This document shows, piece by piece, positions 36,586-41,274 of a stretch of 50,465 nucleotides of DNA. The notes beneath the pieces were generated by a model. That model had not been told where the DNA came from, made no database searches, and worked only from the letters and a program-made list of their open reading frames with translations. Position 1 is the stretch's first letter. The number at the start of each line of letters is the position of its first letter. The translations under genes and the position numbers were made by a program. Source of the stretch: an uncultured Christensenella sp. (GTDB lineage Bacteria > Bacillota > Clostridia > Christensenellales > Aristaeellaceae); contig CAYFSN010000001.1 of the NCBI GenBank assembly GCA_964345845.1, forward strand, positions 11,469 to 61,933, written 5' to 3'.

Positions 36586-38541
36586 TTACTTCGCCACGGA
36601 GGGCGCTGCAATCAGAAGTTCAACGGCTTCATTGACTGCGTCAATAACTGCCTGACTGGAAACAGTGGAGCCGCTGATGGTGTCAACCGCGTCCGCCTGC
36701 AGCGGCACTGCCAAACCCTCAAATGCTTTTACAAACTCCTCCGCCAGCACCTTGTCACCAATGCCGGGTGTTTCAGCGAACGCATCTTCATCCACCTGGA
36801 TGGACGCAATGGTGTTGTCAGCATTCAGCGAGACAATCACCTGGATGGGGCCGCCGAAACCTTCCGCATCGCCAGCGGCGGCACGGCCAGTCATTTGCGA
36901 GACAGGCTCCACAGCGTCAGCGCCTTGGGGAACTGCAACCAACTGTTCCATGGCGTTGTTAACAGCATCCAGTACACCGTTGCTGGAGACGGTAGCACCC
37001 GCAATGGCATCTACCATATCCCTGGAAACAGGCAGTGTTTTGCCATTGAAGCCGGCCAGGTAGTCTGCTGCCAACACCTGGTCACCAATGCCCGGCGTGT
37101 CGGCAAATTCTCCTTCGAGGACAACAACAGATGCGATGGTATTGTCAGCATTCAGCGACACCACTGCATAGATAGGCCCGTTGTAACCCTGGGCGGTGCC
37201 CAGCACGGCACGCCCTGTCATGGGCGCAGCAGTAGGGAAGGCAACAGCAGTCTCTTCCACCGCAACTTCTTCTTCAGCAGGCGCTTCCGTGGCTTCTGCC
37301 GCTTCCGCTTCCGGCTCTTCAGTCACTTCCGGCATGCCTTCAGTTTCAGCAACCGGTTCGACAACCGGTACGCTTTCATCCACAAGCTTTTCGTCAAATG
37401 CGCGGTTAATGGCATTGACTACTGCGGTGGATGTAACCGTTGCGCCCGACAGCGCATCGATGTCCTCCAAGGCCACAGGAATGGTCTTGCCAACAAACTG
37501 GTTTGTGAACGTTGCCTCCGTCGCGGGCGCGCCAAAGCCATCCGTCTCCTTGAAATCATCATCACCAACACGCAGGGCAGTGATGGTGCCGTCATCCTTT
37601 GCGGTTACAAACACCGCAACAGGACCGGCAAAGCCTTGCTCGGCAGCGGTGTAGGTGGTGCCTTCAGCAGCAGGTGCCTCTACGATGTTCTTTTCGTCAT
37701 AAGCACGGTTGATGGCCGCAACGACTGCATTCGTGGTGATGGTCGCACCGCTGATGCCATCCACCTGCGCTGCGTCAAGCGGTAAAGCCAACCCGACGAA
37801 ACCCTTGGTGAACGAATCCTCCAAAGCTGCCGCGCCGAACCCTTCCGTTTCTGCAAACGCATCATCGCCAACCTTCAGGCCGCTGATGGTGCCGTCATCC
37901 TTCACGGTTACAAACACAGCAACGGGGCCCGCGAAACCCTGCTCAGAGGCAGTGTACATGGTTCCCTCGGCGACCGTATCCGTGGGCGGGTTCAAATAGT
38001 TGTCGACCTTCGTAGCAATGCTGTTGACACCGCTGGTCACCGCGTTGGTGGTGATGGTTGCGGCGGCAATGGCGTCAACGGTGTTGTCACCCCTATCGCG
38101 CTCGCTCTTTACAGCCTTTACCGGGGTCTGTTTCATTAAAAACTGGTCAGTGAACGCAAGGTCCTTTGCCTTGGCACCCAAGCCTGCGGTTTCAGCAAAC
38201 TCAGCACCGCCAACGGATACGCCCGTCACCTTGCCGTCGTTATCCACACCGGCGATGATCTGCACGGGTCCGCCATATCCATTGACCGACACAGCGCCGA
38301 CATAGCCCACGGCCTCTCCGTTTTTCATGCCAGCGAACAACTCGCTGAGCGGCTCCAGGCTTTCCACTTCAACGGGCTCGAATGTCTCCGCATCAGGCAA
38401 TACCGTTTTGCGGGCCTCAACCTTGGACTCCGCCTCTTGCGTGGCAATGACATCCTTGGTCACCTCGTTGGTCATGGACAGGAGCAAGCCGGCAACAATG
38501 GTGATGATGCCCAGCGCGATCCAAGCCGCGATTTTCTTCAT
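36586..38541 (-). CDS. rnfG: RnfG-like membrane-anchored subunit expanded to five tandem FMN-binding (FMN_bind) modules
   Basis: TM helix KKIAAWIALGIITIVAGLLLSM is followed by an RnfG/NqrC-type module (GYGGPVQIIAGVDNDGKVTGVSV, ETAGLGAKA, VDAIAAATITT). Four further modules end in VDGISGATITT, IDALSGATVTS, VDAIAGATVSS and VDTISGSTVSS, with an acidic E/A/P linker between modules 3 and 4. ATG at 38541 is preceded by GGAGGG; the ORF-track GTG is at 38556. Confidence 0.85.
   Translation of the reverse strand: MKKIAAWIALGIITIVAGLLLSMTNEVTKDVIATQEAESKVEARKTVLPDAETFEPVEVESLEPLSELFAGMKNGEAVGYVGAVSVNGYGGPVQIIAGVDNDGKVTGVSVGGAEFAETAGLGAKAKDLAFTDQFLMKQTPVKAVKSERDRGDNTVDAIAAATITTNAVTSGVNSIATKVDNYLNPPTDTVAEGTMYTASEQGFAGPVAVFVTVKDDGTISGLKVGDDAFAETEGFGAAALEDSFTKGFVGLALPLDAAQVDGISGATITTNAVVAAINRAYDEKNIVEAPAAEGTTYTAAEQGFAGPVAVFVTAKDDGTITALRVGDDDFKETDGFGAPATEATFTNQFVGKTIPVALEDIDALSGATVTSTAVVNAINRAFDEKLVDESVPVVEPVAETEGMPEVTEEPEAEAAEATEAPAEEEVAVEETAVAFPTAAPMTGRAVLGTAQGYNGPIYAVVSLNADNTIASVVVLEGEFADTPGIGDQVLAADYLAGFNGKTLPVSRDMVDAIAGATVSSNGVLDAVNNAMEQLVAVPQGADAVEPVSQMTGRAAAGDAEGFGGPIQVIVSLNADNTIASIQVDEDAFAETPGIGDKVLAEEFVKAFEGLAVPLQADAVDTISGSTVSSQAVIDAVNEAVELLIAAPSVAK
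36606..37224 (-). repeat. intragenic tandem duplication (two units of about 327 bp) encoding FMN_bind modules 4 and 5
   Basis: GC.ATGGT.TTGTCAGCATTCAGCGA recurs near 36810 and 37135. The protein modules share MTGRA..G.A.G..GPI..VVSLNADNTIAS...V.E..FA.TPGIGD.VLA. Confidence 0.75.
37386..37974 (-). repeat. intragenic tandem duplication (two units of about 300 bp) encoding FMN_bind modules 2 and 3
   Basis: The DNA is clearly alignable by eye at a 300-nt offset (for example GATGGTGCCGTCATCCTT..CGGTTACAAACAC.GCAAC.GG.CC.GC.AA.CC.TGCTC near 37575 and 37875). The protein modules share AEGT.YTA.EQGFAGPVAVFVT.KDDGTI. Confidence 0.8.
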
Positions 38542-38574
38542 GCGATTTCCCTCCACATTATGATGAAACAGATC

Positions 38575-39186
38575 CTAAGCAATCTTGAAGCGCCCCAGCA
38601 GCGCGGAATCAAGCGAACGGCCCAGCATGCCTTCAGCAGCTGCCCTATCCCCTTTTTGCAGAGCCTGGCGAATGGCTGTACTTGACACCACTTGGCCATC
38701 CGCGGTCTTAACCTCAGGAACCACGGTGAGGCCCACACCATGCGCCTTGCACAGCACTTCCAGAGAAGTAGTGTCCGTATCGCACAGATAGCCAAAGCGA
38801 TGATCATAACCGGCTACAATGTGTTTGGCGCCCAGTCTGCCAAGCACGACCTTCTCAAAAAAAAGCGCACCGGGCATCCGCATCATTTCCTCATCAAACC
38901 GGCTGACCGCCAGCACCTCAATACCACATTGCTCCAGCAGTGCCGCCTTTTCTTGTAGGGGAGTTAACTCTACTAACTGAGTATCAGGTTTAATCAACTG
39001 AAGCGGAGGTATATTGTACGTATGCGCGCAAGGAATGATATTCATTTGCTTCGCGATATCCTTACATACATGAGCAATAGCCTGATGACCCAGGTGCACA
39101 CCATCAAAAAAACCCAGGCAAACCACCGAGGCATGTAGAGATTCTTTTGCTGGGTCTAGGATGCTTATCAATGAATTACCATCCAA
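38575..39186 (-). CDS. FAD synthetase (FMN adenylyltransferase) domain protein; RibF N-terminal half only, no riboflavin kinase domain
   Basis: VVCLGFFDGVHLGHQ, VAGYDHRFG and SSTAIRQALQKGD...AEGMLGR are the FMNAT motifs of RibF. The ORF stops (…LLGRFKIA*) where the riboflavin-kinase domain normally begins. The start codon is uncertain: TTG at 39186 has no obvious SD. It ends 18-33 nt before the rnfG-like gene. Confidence 0.8.
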   Translation of the reverse strand: MDGNSLISILDPAKESLHASVVCLGFFDGVHLGHQAIAHVCKDIAKQMNIIPCAHTYNIPPLQLIKPDTQLVELTPLQEKAALLEQCGIEVLAVSRFDEEMMRMPGALFFEKVVLGRLGAKHIVAGYDHRFGYLCDTDTTSLEVLCKAHGVGLTVVPEVKTADGQVVSSTAIRQALQKGDRAAAEGMLGRSLDSALLGRFKIA

Positions 39187-39217
39187 TCATTTGCTGTGGG
39201 ATGTTGTAGCCTTGCCA

Positions 39218-39246
39218 ATGTTATCATCCTACGCTTTTTCAGTCAA
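39218..39246 (-). promoter_or_regulatory. putative sigma-A promoter of the FAD synthetase-rnf operon
   Basis: Minus strand has TTGACT (39241-39246), a 17 nt spacer and TAACAT (39218-39223). Confidence 0.45.
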
Positions 39247-39376
39247 GCCATATCCTATGCGAACCCTGTGCCTTTTAAAATGCATGTTGGGTACACAAAT
39301 TGTTCGTATATGTTTGTTTATTAACTATCCGTCCTGTCTATGGATATGCATAACAATCATCACGTTAATTAATTGG

Positions 39377-39406
39377 TTGACAGAACGACTTCCACAGTGG
39401 TATTAT
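39377..39406 (+). promoter_or_regulatory. putative sigma-A promoter (extended -10) for the divergent secreted-protein gene
   Basis: TTGACA (39377-39382), an 18 nt spacer ending in TGG, then TATTAT (39401-39406). GAGGAGGG SD lies before the ATG at 39442. Confidence 0.55.
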
Positions 39407-39441
39407 TTGGCCATCAAAAATGAGGAGGGTTCCTGTTCTCT

Positions 39442-39972
39442 ATGAAAAAGTTTCTGTCGGTAGTGCTCTGCGCAATGCTTCTGGTTTCCCTGGCTTCCGC
39501 CGCCTCCGCCGAGCTGCTTGGCCTGGGCATCCACACCTACATCAACGGCACTGACGCTGGTGAAAAAGATGGCCGCGGCCAGGTGAACAGCGTTGTCTGC
39601 ACCGTGATTCTGGACGACAACAAGGTCATCAAAGCGATTCAGTTTGACACCGCCCAGACCAACGTCAACTTCGACAAAGAAGGCAAAGTCACCACCGATT
39701 TGACCGCCGAAGTGCTGTCCAAGGTTGAAAAGGGTGACGCGTACAACATGCGCCCCGCCAGTGCCATTGGCAAAGAGTGGTACGAGCAGATGGCCGCCTT
39801 TGAAGAATTCTGCGTTGGCAAGACCGTCGAAGAAGTTCTGGCCATGCCCACCTACGAGCGCGACGCCGGCCACCCCGCGGTTCCCGAAGACGCCGACCTG
39901 AAGACCAGCGTGACCATCGATGTCAGCGGTTACCTGAAGGCGCTGGAAAAGGCCGCCAACAACGCGAAATAA
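39442..39972 (+). CDS. secreted hypothetical protein (176 aa) with an FMN_bind-like layout but no canonical SGAT site
   Basis: Sec signal peptide MKKFLSVVLCAMLLVSLASAASA, strong SD and a strong terminator. GRGQVNSVVCTVILDDNKVIKAIQFD, GKEWYEQMAAFEEFCVGKTVEEV and DLKTSVTID loosely parallel the beta-sheet/helix/attachment-loop order of FMN_bind domains. Family not recognised with confidence. Confidence 0.7.
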   Translation: MKKFLSVVLCAMLLVSLASAASAELLGLGIHTYINGTDAGEKDGRGQVNSVVCTVILDDNKVIKAIQFDTAQTNVNFDKEGKVTTDLTAEVLSKVEKGDAYNMRPASAIGKEWYEQMAAFEEFCVGKTVEEVLAMPTYERDAGHPAVPEDADLKTSVTIDVSGYLKALEKAANNAK

Positions 39973-39990
39973 GTAAAACTGTTACCTTAT

Positions 39991-40016
39991 GCCGCCCGTA
40001 AGGGCGGCTTTTTTGT
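39991..40016 (+). terminator. intrinsic terminator
   Basis: GCCGCCC-GTAA-GGGCGGC followed by TTTTTTGTT. Confidence 0.9.
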
Positions 40017-40044
40017 TGCGCCTGAAATACATGCGGGCTATAAT
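40016..40044 (+). promoter_or_regulatory. putative promoter giving a leaderless transcript for the downstream membrane protein gene
   Basis: TTGCGC (40016-40021), a 17 nt spacer and TATAAT (40039-40044), then only 6 nt (TGCGTC) before the ATG at 40051 and no SD. Confidence 0.45.
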
Positions 40045-40050
40045 TGCGTC

Positions 40051-41268
40051 ATGAGAAGGCATTTAACCACATCCACAGAGTCACATAGGCATTTCCCCCT
40101 CTACTTTGGTGCGGTGCTGTTAGTTTTATTACTTATTGCGCTGCACCTCTTGTCGGGTGTCACTCTGCTCGCACCAACTCCGTATGACACCTATACGCGT
40201 CAAGCCATGGCGTGGCGGTCGGGCGCCCTCCACTTGTCGGAGGATGTACCCCACCTTGAGTTAGCCATCTTCGAAGGGCGGTACTATGTCAGTTTCCCGC
40301 CCGTGCCAAGCCTGGTGCTGCTGCCGCTAACGTTTCTGTTTGGAGACGCAGTCCCTGACGCGCTGTTGATGATGCTGTACGCCCTTGTCATGTACTTTGC
40401 CCTTGTTCGCCTAAGTTTAGGGCGCGGGCATTCCCCTGCGGCGTCCGCTCTCCACTCCGTATTGTTTGTAAGTGGTTCCTCGCTGCTGCCGATGCTGATG
40501 ACTGGTGCCGTCTGGTACCATGCCCAGGTGCTTGCGCTTGTGCTGACGGTACTGGCCGTTGAACAGATGAGCGCGAACAGCCCGACCATCGCACTGGTGC
40601 TGTATGCGTTGGCGGTTGGTTGCCGGCCCTTTAACGCGCTGTATGGTCCCCTGCTCATGCTGATGTACTTATGCGCGGAACACAGTACTGGAAAACAGTT
40701 GTGGACGCGCGTTCGCTCCCTCTTGCCTGGTGTATTGCTTGGTTTGCTGATTGCGTTCCTATATGGGTGGTACAATTTCGCGCGCTTTGGCAATGTATTC
40801 GAGTTCGGGCACAACTATCTGCCGGAGTTTTCCTTTCAAGGCGGAAAACAGTTCTCGTTTTCACACATCGGGGAGAACATTCGCACATTCCTGTTTGGTG
40901 TCCCTTTGGCAAACGAAAATGGCACCTTACACCTGCAGCGCTTTGGCTTCTCATTACTGATTGCCAACCCCGCTTTTCTCGGGCTTTTCTCTTGGGCGTT
41001 GTTTGATGCTTTTAAAAGGCACATCAGCTGGAAACAGGCCATCATCCTATTGGTGTACGCGGTTCACCTCTTATTGTTGCTTAGCCATCGCACCTTTGGC
41101 GGGTTTCAGTACGGCGCGCGCTACGCTGTTGATTGTTTGCCCTATGTACTGCTGTATTGGCTATATCGGCCAAGACAAAATACCAGTAGCCCCATGATGC
41201 TGGGTCTGCTGGCACTTGGTACGGTGTTAGCGGTATGGGGCAGCCTGACCATATCCCTGCCAGGCTAA
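40051..41268 (+). CDS. polytopic membrane protein, GT-C fold glycosyltransferase-like (ArnT/PMT/DUF2029-like)
   Basis: 405 aa with about 11 hydrophobic helices. The early loop (TPYDTYTRQAMAWRSG, EGRYYVSFPPVPSLVLLP) resembles the first periplasmic loop region of GT-C enzymes. The assignment is tentative. Confidence 0.45.
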   Translation: MRRHLTTSTESHRHFPLYFGAVLLVLLLIALHLLSGVTLLAPTPYDTYTRQAMAWRSGALHLSEDVPHLELAIFEGRYYVSFPPVPSLVLLPLTFLFGDAVPDALLMMLYALVMYFALVRLSLGRGHSPAASALHSVLFVSGSSLLPMLMTGAVWYHAQVLALVLTVLAVEQMSANSPTIALVLYALAVGCRPFNALYGPLLMLMYLCAEHSTGKQLWTRVRSLLPGVLLGLLIAFLYGWYNFARFGNVFEFGHNYLPEFSFQGGKQFSFSHIGENIRTFLFGVPLANENGTLHLQRFGFSLLIANPAFLGLFSWALFDAFKRHISWKQAIILLVYAVHLLLLLSHRTFGGFQYGARYAVDCLPYVLLYWLYRPRQNTSSPMMLGLLALGTVLAVWGSLTISLPG

Positions 41269-41274
41269 TCCGCC

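Noticed and set aside
36127-37785. 552-aa plus-strand ORF spanning the rnfC/rnfG-like region
   Set aside because: Antisense to two well-supported genes. Its repeats simply mirror the FMN_bind module duplications, and there is no independent coding evidence.
39247-39376. AT-rich divergent control region with CATATCC ... GGATATG inverted 7-mers about 90 nt apart
   Set aside because: A 7-nt match at that distance is expected by chance in AT-rich DNA, so there is no support for an operator or an RNA structure.
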